The notes under the pieces were generated by a model. The model did not search any database and had not been told where the DNA came from. It worked only from the letters and a program-made list of their open reading frames with translations. This document shows positions 1 through 9,888 of a stretch of DNA of 64,000 nt, in pieces. Made by a program: the position numbers and the translations under genes. How positions within the stretch are numbered: the first letter of the stretch is position 1; each line of letters begins with the position of its first letter. Source of the DNA: a virus. The stretch spans positions 32,001-96,000 of the IMG/VR virus record IMGVR_UViG_3300032241_002567; one strand, 5' to 3'.

Positions 1-48
1 TCTTATCGGCTCTTCTTTTTTAATTTTGCTAATTCTTTTAATTTTCAT
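1..48 (-). CDS. Partial ORF, probable C-terminal half of fractured UvsW (runs off window)
   Basis: ATG at 48 overlaps the end of the endonuclease ORF and reads MKIKRISKIKKEEPIR to the window edge. The basic MKIKxI start is typical of split-intein C-fragments. Confidence 0.5.
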   Translation of the reverse strand, partial: MKIKRISKIKKEEPIR

Positions 49-1276
49 TTGCTAATTCTTTTTTTAAAATTTCATTAATCTTTTTAATATTCCAATATGG
101 AATTCTAATTAATTTTTCATTATTTACTTTGAGTAATTCTTCTTTTAATACATCTCTGTGTTTTTGATATTCGAATTTTTTTAATCCACCAAAATATTCA
201 ATCGGTTCAAAATGCTGTTTACCATCAAATTCAATAAATATATTTTTTTCGGGGAGATAAAAATCAAAGTAGAACCCATATTTTGGATATTGTTGATTAA
301 ATTTATAAAAATTTTCTTCTAGAAATATTCTTATTGTTTTTTCACCCTTTGTTTCTTTACATATAGGGCATCCTTTGCTATAATTTAAATAATATCCCGC
401 TTTTTGTTTAAAAATTCCATGTTTATCACAAGTTGCACTTATATATTCATTGATTCCTTTATATTCTGTTATACTATGATCTATTTCGGGATATCGCAAT
501 TTGCAAATATTTAAAAATTCATCATTTGTATATTTTTTACTTTCTATTCCACATAAATTACAACCATGTCCTGATAATAAAATTTCTGGTTTAGATGAAA
601 AGTCTCCGTGTTTATTACAAGTTATTATTACCTTATTTTTGAAGTCTATAAAATTACATTTTTCAAAAGAATAGTTATTAAATTTATTCTTTAAGCATTC
701 AATAAAAAAATTATTATCATATTTTTTTTTCTTAGAACATTTTCTACATCCATATCCAAGTAAATGTTTATCTTTTCTTATTGTAAAATCTCCATGTAAT
801 TTACAGGACACAATTATATTTTCTTTATTTAAAAATCCGTCTTTATACGAATATTTATTATTATGTGTTGTTAATAATTTATTTCTTAAATCATTTTCAT
901 CCCATATTTTACCTTTACAATAAATACAAGCTTGTCCATCTAAAAGTTGAGTAACTCTTATTAGTTTTTCGCCGTGTTTACATTTCATCAAAATTTTTGA
1001 TTTAGTGTTGACATAACCGGAAAAATCAAATTCATAATTTTTGTGTAAATTTAAAATCTTAATCTTAACCTCTTCTATTGAATATGAATTACTACAAATT
1101 TTACAACCTTGACCTTTTATATGTTTTGCAGCAGATTGTAAAAACCCCCCATGTATTTTGCATTTTATTATTGATTTATTATGATAATTTTTGTAAATAA
1201 AATTATCATAATTATATCTATCACCATGTAATTTAGTGAAATCTATCAGTATTTCTTCTCTTGTTTTTTTCCTCAT
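38..1276 (-). CDS. Free-standing homing endonuclease (repeated CxxHG..CxxC Zn modules plus C-terminal Vsr/PD-(D/E)xK-like nuclease)
   Basis: Five CxxHG...CxxC repeats; C-terminal FDFYLPEKNIFIEFDGKQHF; lies inside the uvsW locus. Confidence 0.8.
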   Translation of the reverse strand: MRKKTREEILIDFTKLHGDRYNYDNFIYKNYHNKSIIKCKIHGGFLQSAAKHIKGQGCKICSNSYSIEEVKIKILNLHKNYEFDFSGYVNTKSKILMKCKHGEKLIRVTQLLDGQACIYCKGKIWDENDLRNKLLTTHNNKYSYKDGFLNKENIIVSCKLHGDFTIRKDKHLLGYGCRKCSKKKKYDNNFFIECLKNKFNNYSFEKCNFIDFKNKVIITCNKHGDFSSKPEILLSGHGCNLCGIESKKYTNDEFLNICKLRYPEIDHSITEYKGINEYISATCDKHGIFKQKAGYYLNYSKGCPICKETKGEKTIRIFLEENFYKFNQQYPKYGFYFDFYLPEKNIFIEFDGKQHFEPIEYFGGLKKFEYQKHRDVLKEELLKVNNEKLIRIPYWNIKKINEILKKELANEN

Positions 1277-1998
1277 ATTTCGTCAGTGCTTTTTAATTCA
1301 TAACAGAAAATTTCACCTCTATTTTTTGTTAAAATTTTTTCACCTGGATTTTTTCTTAAAATTGTACCATCTTCCAATTCTAATTCTATTTCATAATCAT
1401 ATATATTATTAATATTATTCTCCCCATAGAAGTTTTTTAGAAAGTCATCATACATTTGTGTCACCAATGAGATGGAAGGCACAATTAACAACATTTTAGC
1501 ATCTTGATTAAGATGTGTTATAGTATAAAAATAAACAATAGAAATAATTAAAGATTTACCACCAGAAGTGGCAACTTCTGCCAAACAATAACGATTTTTT
1601 AAGATTTTAAATGCAGTTTCTATTTGGTGATCATATGGCATAAATGGAATCCATTGTTCGTCTTTTTTAACTTTATGATTTTTAAAAAATTCTTTACAAA
1701 AGTCTTGCACTGATTCTAATGTAACATTTCTATTAATAGGAAATTCTTCTTTATTTGTAATAGTGAATTTTGCACCTATTATTTGACACGCTTTAAGACA
1801 TTCTTTCCATAGACCTTGATTTATTTTACCACCATTAAAAACTGAATCTTTACCGTCCCAATACCCTGCTTTAAATGCAGGTGTAAAGCGATATCCCTTA
1901 GGATTTCTAGTAAGCCATATATCTAATTGATGATATTCGGTTCTTGTTGCTTCTGTCACAACAAGTTTTTCAGTTTTCGGATCATATTTTAGTTCCAT
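1273..1998 (-). CDS. uvsW: UvsW-like SF2 helicase, N-terminal fragment
   Basis: GYWDGK, PYDHQ (Q motif), ATSGGKS (Walker A), LLIVPSISLVTQ (motif Ia). Ends before the DExH motif in a Hint-like tail. Confidence 0.85.
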   Translation of the reverse strand: MELKYDPKTEKLVVTEATRTEYHQLDIWLTRNPKGYRFTPAFKAGYWDGKDSVFNGGKINQGLWKECLKACQIIGAKFTITNKEEFPINRNVTLESVQDFCKEFFKNHKVKKDEQWIPFMPYDHQIETAFKILKNRYCLAEVATSGGKSLIISIVYFYTITHLNQDAKMLLIVPSISLVTQMYDDFLKNFYGENNINNIYDYEIELELEDGTILRKNPGEKILTKNRGEIFCYELKSTDEI

Positions 1999-2029
1999 GC
2001 AGATTATATTAAAAAAAGTTATAGTGGTT

Positions 2030-2038
2030 TAATATATA
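2030..2038 (+). promoter_or_regulatory. Putative late promoter TAATATATA (first of many copies)
   Basis: The same 9-mer precedes many structural and tagged genes (+ strand 4583, 5481, 9875, 19857, 21785, 23179, 27058, 35694, 36724, 47282, 56308, 57882). Analogous to T4 TATAAATA. Confidence 0.7.
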
Positions 2039-2044
2039 TTCTAT

Positions 2045-2974
2045 ATGAAATATTTAAAGTATTTTGAAGCAAAAGTAATACACTTTAAAACACCATATGC
2101 TAATTACCCAACTTATAGGATAATTAATTTTGAAAAATTAGAACCTTTAAAAGATTCTGATATAATAATTGTTTATCACGGATTTTATAGCAAATCTGAT
2201 GTTGAGATTGCATTAACAAAAGGATTATCTGGGCAAGAAATTGCTAGAAGAGTTTATAGCTACGAATCAGGCAATAATAAAAAAGGATTATTTGTTTCAA
2301 TAGATTTTAATAGTGTTAAAAGATTTGCATCATCTGGTATAATTATAGAATTTGCTACTAAAGTATCTGATTTAGAATCACCTATGTGGGTAGGTGGAAG
2401 ATATTTCAAACAGGGAGAATATACCAAATCTTTTACTGATTGGAATAATGAAACAGGAACTTCTGAACAAAGAGAAGAAGAAAGATTAAGAAAAAGAAAA
2501 GAAGCAAATAATAGTGAATATAATTATATAAGATTAAGTGATAGACCAGAATTAGCGCAATCTTTATATTTAGAATCTGAACACCAAGCACTTTTTACTG
2601 GCAATTTAAATCCAAATATGATAAGAGCAGTTTGGTATAATCCAAAAAACAGATATGATGATAAGTGGGAAAGATTGTCTAGAAAAGAGTTTATTGAGAG
2701 GTTCAATATAAAAAAAGAAAAAGGACAATACCCTAATCGTGAATATTTACCTAATGATGAATTTACAATAGAAGATTTTAGGAAAAGATGTATTGAATAT
2801 AGTAATGATGAGAATGAAGGCGAAGAAATATTTCAAAGTTATTTAAAACACTATCTTAAAGATAGATATGCTAATAGATTTGAATTAAAACAAATGGGGT
2901 TTTTCCCAAAACAAATTGAAGAAATACTTCGTTTAAGAAATAGTGGTGAATTTCAAAAATGGATTAAAAATTAA
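2045..2974 (+). CDS. ADP-ribosyltransferase-fold-like protein with N-terminal MKYLKYFE tag
   Basis: VYHG...GLFVS...F...EHQALFTG spacing fits the H-S-E arrangement of ART-like folds; late promoter upstream. Confidence 0.5.
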   Translation: MKYLKYFEAKVIHFKTPYANYPTYRIINFEKLEPLKDSDIIIVYHGFYSKSDVEIALTKGLSGQEIARRVYSYESGNNKKGLFVSIDFNSVKRFASSGIIIEFATKVSDLESPMWVGGRYFKQGEYTKSFTDWNNETGTSEQREEERLRKRKEANNSEYNYIRLSDRPELAQSLYLESEHQALFTGNLNPNMIRAVWYNPKNRYDDKWERLSRKEFIERFNIKKEKGQYPNREYLPNDEFTIEDFRKRCIEYSNDENEGEEIFQSYLKHYLKDRYANRFELKQMGFFPKQIEEILRLRNSGEFQKWIKN

Positions 2975-3012
2975 ACATTCTAATTAGAATGTTTAATTTT
3001 TAATCCATTTTT
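2955..3012. terminator. 58-bp perfect palindrome between convergent genes (bidirectional terminator-like)
   Basis: 29-nt arms with no spacer; the left arm covers the last codons of 2045..2974. Confidence 0.7.
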
Positions 3013-3018
3013 CTTTTT

Positions 3019-3861
3019 TTAAGAAATTTTTCTTTTTTTAAGAAAATTATAAACTAATTTTTTATACCAAGGTAAATCATCAATAAGTTTTACATTTATT
3101 AATTCAAACATATATTGTGAAGTTGGTGAGTATTCTTCAATTGCTCCTATCCAGGTAATATGTTTAGTATCAATTTGAATATCATTTTCAATCAAAGCTA
3201 CGCCAGCTAAATTATTTTGACTACTATATCTTCCAACTAAAATTATATCATCATGTGAATCATAATTTACAAAAACAGATAACCCCATTACATTTCCAAT
3301 TTGTGTTATAACTTCATATTCTTTAATTTTGCCATTTGTATCATAAATAAATCCTGGTATATTTTGAATTAAGTGAACTAATTTTGGACTAATAACCATA
3401 AAAGTAGCCGGACCAATTCTATTATTTACTGCTATACTATTACCAACATGCATAATTCTTGTTATTAATCTTTTTGCATCAATATCATTATTACCAATAA
3501 GTATGTCAGAATTACTGTTTATCCATCTTAATAAGAGTTTAGATTTAGGTTTTAATGTAGTTTTTCTTATACTTTTATCGTTAATTGTCGCTAATTGAAT
3601 ATATTTGTTGAATAGTTTAGAAATTAAAGTATTTATTAATATAAAAGTATTTTTTTCATCTTTTGTAAAGATAATTTTATCACAATAAATATCCTCTTGT
3701 TTTATTTTTAATCCAAATTCTTTCATTGGAAAGCCATTTGGACCATTTGTTTCACCAAGATCGATTTGTTCGATATATGAAATTGAAGCTTTTGTTTCAG
3801 GTGCTTTATAAAAATAAGCTGTATTTAAAAATTCGGAATTTAGATAACTTTTTGAGTTCAT
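3019..3861 (-). CDS. Truncated major capsid protein (gp23/gp24)-like paralogue
   Basis: KEFGLKIKQEDI, RLITRIMHVGNSIAVNNRIGPATFMVISP and IGNVMGLSVFVN..DDIILVGR..AG align by eye with the C-terminal half of T4 gp23. Confidence 0.65.
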   Translation of the reverse strand: MNSKSYLNSEFLNTAYFYKAPETKASISYIEQIDLGETNGPNGFPMKEFGLKIKQEDIYCDKIIFTKDEKNTFILINTLISKLFNKYIQLATINDKSIRKTTLKPKSKLLLRWINSNSDILIGNNDIDAKRLITRIMHVGNSIAVNNRIGPATFMVISPKLVHLIQNIPGFIYDTNGKIKEYEVITQIGNVMGLSVFVNYDSHDDIILVGRYSSQNNLAGVALIENDIQIDTKHITWIGAIEEYSPTSQYMFELINVKLIDDLPWYKKLVYNFLKKRKIS

Positions 3862-3869
3862 TTGTCATA

Positions 3870-4532
3870 TTATTTTTTTCTTGGTTTAATAACTTCGTCT
3901 ATCATACCATAATTTTTAGCCTCAAGAGAATTCATCCAATAATCTCTATCAGCATCTTGCTCAACCTTTTTAATATCTTGACCAGTTTTTTCTGATATTA
4001 TCTCATATAATTCTATTTTTAGCGTATTTATTTCTTTAGCATCGATAGTAATATCCGAAGCCTGATATACGCCATAAGAGCCAGACATTGGTTGATGTAT
4101 CATCGTTCTTGCACGTTTTAGAGATTTTCTTTTTCCATTTGAACCAGAACAAAGAATTACTGCTGCCATAGAAGCTGCTAATCCAGTATTAATAGTTATG
4201 ATATCAGGACGAATAAAATCCATAGTATCTAAAATGCCAAGTCCATCATAAACAGAACCACCTGGTGAATTGATATACATTTTTATATCCTTTTTATGAT
4301 CTAATTGTTCTAAATAAAGAAGTTGATTTTTAACTAGTTCAGAAGTATAATTATCGATTTCATCGTTTAAAAAAACAATTCTATCATTTAGCAATTTGGT
4401 ATAAATATCTAACATAAAACCTTTTTCGTTGTCTATAATAAAGTTAGAGTTATTATGTATTGATTTCCTAATAATGCTTTCAGGAACTTTGGAGTAAAGA
4501 AATTTTTGATAATCTGATGCTAATTTTCTCAT
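3870..4532 (-). CDS. clpP: ATP-dependent Clp protease proteolytic subunit
   Basis: YINSPGGSV, GLAASMA (Ser), MIHQP (His), DRDYWM (Asp). Confidence 0.97.
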   Translation of the reverse strand: MRKLASDYQKFLYSKVPESIIRKSIHNNSNFIIDNEKGFMLDIYTKLLNDRIVFLNDEIDNYTSELVKNQLLYLEQLDHKKDIKMYINSPGGSVYDGLGILDTMDFIRPDIITINTGLAASMAAVILCSGSNGKRKSLKRARTMIHQPMSGSYGVYQASDITIDAKEINTLKIELYEIISEKTGQDIKKVEQDADRDYWMNSLEAKNYGMIDEVIKPRKK

Positions 4533-4608
4533 ATTTCTTATATTAATGTTTTTTCAAAAGATTAAATTGTAAAATTAATTTTTAATATATAAAAGAAAAA
4601 ATATTAAT

Positions 4609-4911
4609 ATGAAATTAACATTTGAAATGCATGGTTATACTATCGTCATAGAAGAGACTGAAGAAAATTTAATTAAAGTTTCGGCTGAAAAAGATGGCGA
4701 AGAAGTTGAATCTTTTGAGCTTGAAGGCGGTGAAGATCATCCAGGACACGAAGAAGAGCTTCCGGAAGCTGGCGAAGAAAGTGGCGAAGAAATCAAAGGT
4801 GAAACACCTGAATCTGATTTTGAAGAAACAGAAGAAACAGAAGAAACAGAAGAAAAGCCTATGGGTGAATCTAAATTATATAATTTCTCAGATTTCCTAA
4901 AAAGGAAATAA
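4609..4911 (+). CDS. Highly acidic hypothetical late protein (possible internal head protein)
   Basis: Glu-rich, EET x3 repeat, C-terminal KLYNFSDFLKRK tag-like motif, TAATATATA upstream. Confidence 0.6.
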   Translation: MKLTFEMHGYTIVIEETEENLIKVSAEKDGEEVESFELEGGEDHPGHEEELPEAGEESGEEIKGETPESDFEETEETEETEEKPMGESKLYNFSDFLKRK

Positions 4912-4918
4912 AAGAATA

Positions 4919-4969
4919 AATGAAAAAAAAATTACGAAAAGTTAAACTTTTCGTAATTTTTTTTTCATT
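4919..4969. terminator. Bidirectional terminator-like inverted repeat
   Basis: 25-nt perfect arms with A9/T9 tracts between convergent genes. Confidence 0.75.
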
Positions 4970-5384
4970 ATTCCTCTATCTGTTCAATTATAATTTTTTG
5001 TCCATAAGACCAAGGAGAAATATAAACTTCCAATTCTTCGCCATCTTCATCTTCTGTAATTAAACAGGGCTCTTGTTCAAATACTTCGCCTATTCCATCG
5101 CTCCATTGTCCTTGTGTATATTCAGATAATATCTCTAATTCATCATTTGTTAATTTTTCGTTGCAATGATATTCGGTTATAGTCCATAAATTATTATTCT
5201 CGAAAGAGAAATGCATATAACCATTATTTACTTTTTTATTAATTAAAGATTGCTCATTTTCTCTATCCTTATATTTACCCTGAAAATATTCGGTAAATTC
5301 TTCTTGACAATCAATACCATCAAGTTCAGACAAATCATAATGATCTGTTTTTGCTATTCCTTTTACTATAATTTTATAACTCAT
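4968..5384 (-). CDS. Hypothetical early protein
   Basis: Acidic ORF (GQWSDGIGE) preceded by a Bacteroidota-type promoter. Confidence 0.7.
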   Translation of the reverse strand: MSYKIIVKGIAKTDHYDLSELDGIDCQEEFTEYFQGKYKDRENEQSLINKKVNNGYMHFSFENNNLWTITEYHCNEKLTNDELEILSEYTQGQWSDGIGEVFEQEPCLITEDEDGEELEVYISPWSYGQKIIIEQIEE

Positions 5385-5395
5385 ATTGTTTTATA

Positions 5396-5426
5396 CAAAA
5401 ATAAGAAAATTTTTTGAATTAACAAA
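5396..5426 (-). promoter_or_regulatory. Bacteroidota-type housekeeping promoter TTTG-N19-TATTTTTG
   Basis: Minus strand TTTG (5426-5423), 19-nt spacer, TAnnTTTG (5403-5396), just upstream of ATG 5384. Confidence 0.7.
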
Positions 5427-5544
5427 TTTTTGTCATGTATTTTTTAAATTTATATTTAATGGTAATCTTATTATAGATTTTAATATATAAATTAAAATTT
5501 GTTGATTTGATAAAATAATACTATCTTTACAACAAATAAAAAGT

Positions 5545-6645
5545 ATGAAAAAAATAAGCAATTATGCTTCATTCATTAAGCAAAATAAATTAAAGTATTA
5601 TTCATTTGACTGGGATGATAATATTTTACATATGTCGACTCCTATTCATATGGATAAGTTAATTGAAGGTAATTGGGAGCCTATTTCAGTTTTTCCTTCT
5701 GAATTTGCTCATATTCGTAATAATTTAAATTTCAGAAACAGAGAAAATAATCCTCATAAAGCTTATGAAGAATTTAGAGATATAGGACCAAGAGGTAATA
5801 TGGCTTTTTTGCTTGATATGCAAAAATCAATTTCTGAATCAAAATTTGGTCCTTCTTGGAATAAATTTATTCAATGTTTAGTTGAAGGTTCTTTATTCTC
5901 TATTGTAACAGCAAGAGCACATGAATATCAAACACTTAAAGAAGGTGTTAAATGGATTATAGATAATTGTCTTATAAAGCAGCAACAAGATTTAATGTAT
6001 GAAAATTGTCAAAAATTTCTTCAATTATTTGAAGGTAAATCATTTGTAAGAGAAAATAATATAAATATATCGGATACTAAATTAATAAACTATTACTTAG
6101 ATAAGTGTAAGTTTTATGGCGTTGGATTTCCTTTTTCAAATTCATTCAAGTCTGAATTTAATTTAGATCCTTCAATTAAAATTGAAGAAGCAAAGAAAAT
6201 TGCATTAGATAAATTTTTAGAAATTTGCAACTCTTATGGTAAACAATCTAATAGAAATGTTTCTGTTGGGTTTTCTGATGATGATAAAAAGAATATTGAA
6301 CATGTAAAAAAATTCTTTGAATTTAAATCAACTATCTATGATAGAATGAAATTAAATATTTATGATACATCTAAACTATCTAGTCATAAAATTAGATTTG
6401 AGAATGGTATAAAAGAAGATATGGGTCCATCTTCCTCTGGTAAAGAAAATTCTATTTTATTATATATGAGTCCTAATTCTATGCCAAATACATTACAAAA
6501 TGCTACTAATGATTGGAGCCAACCAAATTATACACTTTTACAAAAATCAAAAGTAGCTACTCTGTTAACAAAAGATGTTGTGAAAAAGAAAGCCAAACTT
6601 AAAAAGAAAAATGCAAAATCTAAAAGTAACAATAATCCAGCCTGA
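5545..6645 (+). CDS. HAD-superfamily phosphatase-like protein
   Basis: FDWDDNI (motif I), IVTAR (motif II), GFSDDD (motif IV). Confidence 0.7.
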   Translation: MKKISNYASFIKQNKLKYYSFDWDDNILHMSTPIHMDKLIEGNWEPISVFPSEFAHIRNNLNFRNRENNPHKAYEEFRDIGPRGNMAFLLDMQKSISESKFGPSWNKFIQCLVEGSLFSIVTARAHEYQTLKEGVKWIIDNCLIKQQQDLMYENCQKFLQLFEGKSFVRENNINISDTKLINYYLDKCKFYGVGFPFSNSFKSEFNLDPSIKIEEAKKIALDKFLEICNSYGKQSNRNVSVGFSDDDKKNIEHVKKFFEFKSTIYDRMKLNIYDTSKLSSHKIRFENGIKEDMGPSSSGKENSILLYMSPNSMPNTLQNATNDWSQPNYTLLQKSKVATLLTKDVVKKKAKLKKKNAKSKSNNNPA

Positions 6646-7378
6646 TATTATTTGGGAAAATAAGATTTCTAATTTATTAAAATATGAAGATATTATTAAA
6701 AATATAACATCCAATCCGGATGTTATTATTTTACCTGAAATGTTTACTACGGGATTTACTATGGAAAATAAATTATCCGAAAAATCTTGTGGATATACTG
6801 TTGAATGGATGAAAATAATGTCTATGAATAAGAATGCTCATATAATGGGTAGTGTTATAATAGAAGGTGATGATGGAAACATATATAATCGATTATTATC
6901 AGTTAAGGATAATTTTATTGAATTTTATGATAAGAAGCATCTATTTGCTTATGCAGGTGAAGATAAATTTTACACTGCTGGAAATCAAAGAAAAATAGTT
7001 AATATAAATGGTTGGAGAATACTTTTACAAATATGTTATGATTTAAGATTTCCAGTTTTTTCTCGCAATCAAGATGATTATGATGCCATTGTTTATGTGT
7101 CCAATTGGCCAGAAAAAAGAAACATGTCTTGGAAAATACTTTTAAAAGCCAGAGCAATAGAAAACCAAAGCTATGTAATTGGGGTAAATAGAGTTGGCAC
7201 AGATGGCAATGGACATAATTATTTAGGAGAAAGTCAAGTAATAAATCCACTTGGTAATATAATTTGTATTTCAAATAAACCCGAAATTATAGACGTTGAA
7301 TTGGATTTAGATTATTTAAAAAAAATAAGAATTGAACTACCTTTTCTTAAAGATAGAGATTTTTTTGATTTAAAATAA
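6611..7378 (+). CDS. Nitrilase-family amidohydrolase (omega-amidase, YafV/Nit2-like)
   Basis: LPEMFTTGF, YDKKHLF, ICYDLRFP (Glu-Lys-Cys triad), ARAIENQ. Confidence 0.93.
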   Translation: MQNLKVTIIQPDIIWENKISNLLKYEDIIKNITSNPDVIILPEMFTTGFTMENKLSEKSCGYTVEWMKIMSMNKNAHIMGSVIIEGDDGNIYNRLLSVKDNFIEFYDKKHLFAYAGEDKFYTAGNQRKIVNINGWRILLQICYDLRFPVFSRNQDDYDAIVYVSNWPEKRNMSWKILLKARAIENQSYVIGVNRVGTDGNGHNYLGESQVINPLGNIICISNKPEIIDVELDLDYLKKIRIELPFLKDRDFFDLK

Positions 7379-7380
7379 AA

Positions 7381-7725
7381 TTAATTTATTTTATCATCTG
7401 GTTCTGGTTTATCATCTGGTTCTGGTTTATCATCTGGTTCTGGTTGATTATCTTTTTTATCATCTGTAACGTCTTTAGCTGCTTCTGCAATTTTTCCGTC
7501 TGATTTTTTAAAAATGCTTTCAGTCATATTAAACCCAAATAATCCAGCTACTACAAGTAATAAACCATTATACATAGTATCCGGGCATATCCATTTGTTA
7601 TGTGAGGCAGCTATAAAAGCTAATATTATACAAGAAAATAATGTTATAAGTGCTGCAAATCTTTTTGAACTTAAAGGGCTGTTGGCACTTAATAAATCAA
7701 GTAAAAACTTTTTCATGTTAAACAA
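7381..7725 (-). CDS. Two-TM membrane protein, holin-like, with C-terminal PEPDDK repeats
   Basis: SSKRF followed by two hydrophobic helices; late promoter on minus strand at 7741-7749. Confidence 0.55.
   Translation of the reverse strand: MFNMKKFLLDLLSANSPLSSKRFAALITLFSCIILAFIAASHNKWICPDTMYNGLLLVVAGLFGFNMTESIFKKSDGKIAEAAKDVTDDKKDNQPEPDDKPEPDDKPEPDDKIN
7390..7443. repeat. 18-bp tandem repeat x3
   Basis: TTTATCATCTGGTTCTGG three times, encoding PEPDDK. Confidence 0.95.
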
Positions 7726-7791
7726 TAATTTTTTATATGATATATATTATATAAAAAAAATAAAATTCATGAAAGTGGATTCTGGTGAATA

Positions 7792-8280
7792 ATGTTTGGA
7801 AAATTAAAAGATGATTTCCAAAAATTAAAAAAGATTTTTAAAGCAAAAAACGAACACTTTCTAAAAGCTGATTTCGTTTTTTACAAAAGATGGAAATTAC
7901 TAATTAAATTATTAGTTTATTTTAATAAAAATTATGTAAGTTGTGAAATTGCTAGAAAACGATTCAAATCACATCGTAATTTTATAGTTATTGGTCTTAA
8001 ATGGAATGGTAAAAACGTTAAACGTAGAACGATAGGTTTTGCTAAAGAATTTGTAAATTCTAACAAAAACGCTAAGTGTATTTATTGTGAAACTAAATTA
8101 ACAGAAGAAAATGCGACAACAGATCATATTATTCCAATTGCCTCTGGTGGAAATAATTGTAAAGTTAATCTCATGGTTTGTTGCCAGCCATGTAATTCTG
8201 AAAGAGGAACTATGCCTTTTAATAAGTATTTAAAGTTAAAAAATGAAAAATATAAAAAAAGTAAATACACCTTTATATAA
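7792..8280 (+). CDS. HNH endonuclease
   Basis: CIYC...TTDHIIPIASGGNN...NLMVCCQPCNSERG. Confidence 0.9.
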   Translation: MFGKLKDDFQKLKKIFKAKNEHFLKADFVFYKRWKLLIKLLVYFNKNYVSCEIARKRFKSHRNFIVIGLKWNGKNVKRRTIGFAKEFVNSNKNAKCIYCETKLTEENATTDHIIPIASGGNNCKVNLMVCCQPCNSERGTMPFNKYLKLKNEKYKKSKYTFI

Positions 8281-8671
8281 ATTAATTTTTCCTTGGAAAA
8301 TTATGTTCGATACTTTTAATATAAAACAACGACAAAAAGATGTTGCTTCACATTTACGCAGTGTTTCACACGATCCATCTGGATATATAACTATTAGATT
8401 TCATAATTCGAACAATATTTCTGAAATTCAGAAGAATTGCATGGATGACTTTTCAATTTATTCAATTTATAAAAAAATTAATATTAATTTATTAATTGTT
8501 AATGATGATTGTTCCTCTACTTTATCTATGTTGGCAGGCGCAAGACTCTGTGATGTAAATTATGATAAATTTGAAATTGAATTTTATTTTGATGCTTATT
8601 TTTATATGGAAGATTCAGTAGAGGCAATACCTTATATTGGGGATATAAAAATTAATCAAGCAATTGATTAA
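8243..8671 (+). CDS. Hypothetical protein
   Basis: Open frame; true start probably downstream (MFDTF); ends in IGDIKINQAID. Confidence 0.55.
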   Translation: MKNIKKVNTPLYKLIFPWKIMFDTFNIKQRQKDVASHLRSVSHDPSGYITIRFHNSNNISEIQKNCMDDFSIYSIYKKININLLIVNDDCSSTLSMLAGARLCDVNYDKFEIEFYFDAYFYMEDSVEAIPYIGDIKINQAID

Positions 8672-8674
8672 TTT

Positions 8675-9832
8675 TTATATCCATTTTTTATAAGTTTTTT
8701 GTTTCTTTGGAATCCATTTTAAATCATAAACATCTTGACTGAAAAACTTATCTAATTCTAATTTTTGATAAGGATTTTGCACTAAACATGCTAATTTGTT
8801 TAAATCTTTTACTTGTGAAATCCGATACATTAAGGAATAAGGATCTGTTGCTTTTTTCTTATCAACTATTTCTTCGAATAATTTTTTCCAAAGAAAAATT
8901 TTCCAACCTGCTTTAATCTTTTCTTCTGATTTTAAGAAACCTGCTTCATCATTATCAAAAAAATATTGAACATCTAAATTGTTATTTTCTAACAAACTCA
9001 TATTAGTATTAACACCAACAACACCAACTGAATTAGGATAAAATAAAGAATCTAAATATCCTTCAAAAACAGTTATAGTTGATTCAAAATCTATATTTAG
9101 AATATTAAAGAAATAACTTAATTTATTATAAATTAATAATTGATTCAAATCAACCCCTTCAATTTCTTCTTCATTAATCTTGTTAATCCATTTATAAAGA
9201 GTTTCAAAATTATAGATTTTAAAACTTCTAAATTTACCAGATTTTAGATTTCTAGTTTGAATACCAAGTATTTTATCGTCTTTTCTATTTAAAAGAACCA
9301 TTACCCATTCATATCTATCTTCATTTAACCAATTCTTGGCTTGATAAATATTTTTGTGCATAGATTCAGTAATTCCTCTTTCTAAGAGATAATTATAAAC
9401 TAAACTGCCTCTTATAAGTGGTTTAAATTCGCTAAGTATAGATTCGCCAGAATTAAATAGCATTTCTAAATCGGAAAGGTTTAGAAGTTCGTCTATATTA
9501 ATATCGGACATATCAGATTTGTAATCTGAATTACTAACTACCTGACTCAAATACTCAATCATTTCCATCTTTTTAGCTGGATCAATTTGTATTTTAAATT
9601 GGTTACATAATTTGTTTAATGACGAATTAAATCCACAATTAAAACATTTAAAGAATAATTTATCAAGAAATAAATTACCTCTTTTTTTTGCTGCTGAACG
9701 AGCTGAATCACCACAAACTGGGCAACAAAAATTAATACGATTATCGTATGATATAATATTTCGTCTATTTTCAGCGGTAAATGCTTTATTTAATATTGTT
9801 TGAACTAATGATTTGACGTATGTTAAATCCAT
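8675..9832 (-). CDS. DNA primase (T4 gp61-like)
   Basis: CPVCGDS...KRG...CFNCG zinc finger; VFEGYLDS and FDNDEAG TOPRIM motifs. Confidence 0.92.
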   Translation of the reverse strand: MDLTYVKSLVQTILNKAFTAENRRNIISYDNRINFCCPVCGDSARSAAKKRGNLFLDKLFFKCFNCGFNSSLNKLCNQFKIQIDPAKKMEMIEYLSQVVSNSDYKSDMSDINIDELLNLSDLEMLFNSGESILSEFKPLIRGSLVYNYLLERGITESMHKNIYQAKNWLNEDRYEWVMVLLNRKDDKILGIQTRNLKSGKFRSFKIYNFETLYKWINKINEEEIEGVDLNQLLIYNKLSYFFNILNIDFESTITVFEGYLDSLFYPNSVGVVGVNTNMSLLENNNLDVQYFFDNDEAGFLKSEEKIKAGWKIFLWKKLFEEIVDKKKATDPYSLMYRISQVKDLNKLACLVQNPYQKLELDKFFSQDVYDLKWIPKKQKTYKKWI

Positions 9833-9888
9833 AAAAATTATATCTTTAAAAATAAGTAAGTTGTTACTTAAAAATAATATATATGTTT

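Noticed and set aside
7390-7443. CRISPR-like array
   Set aside because: Spacer-less 18-bp coding tandem repeat; no repeat-spacer array or cas gene seen in the window.
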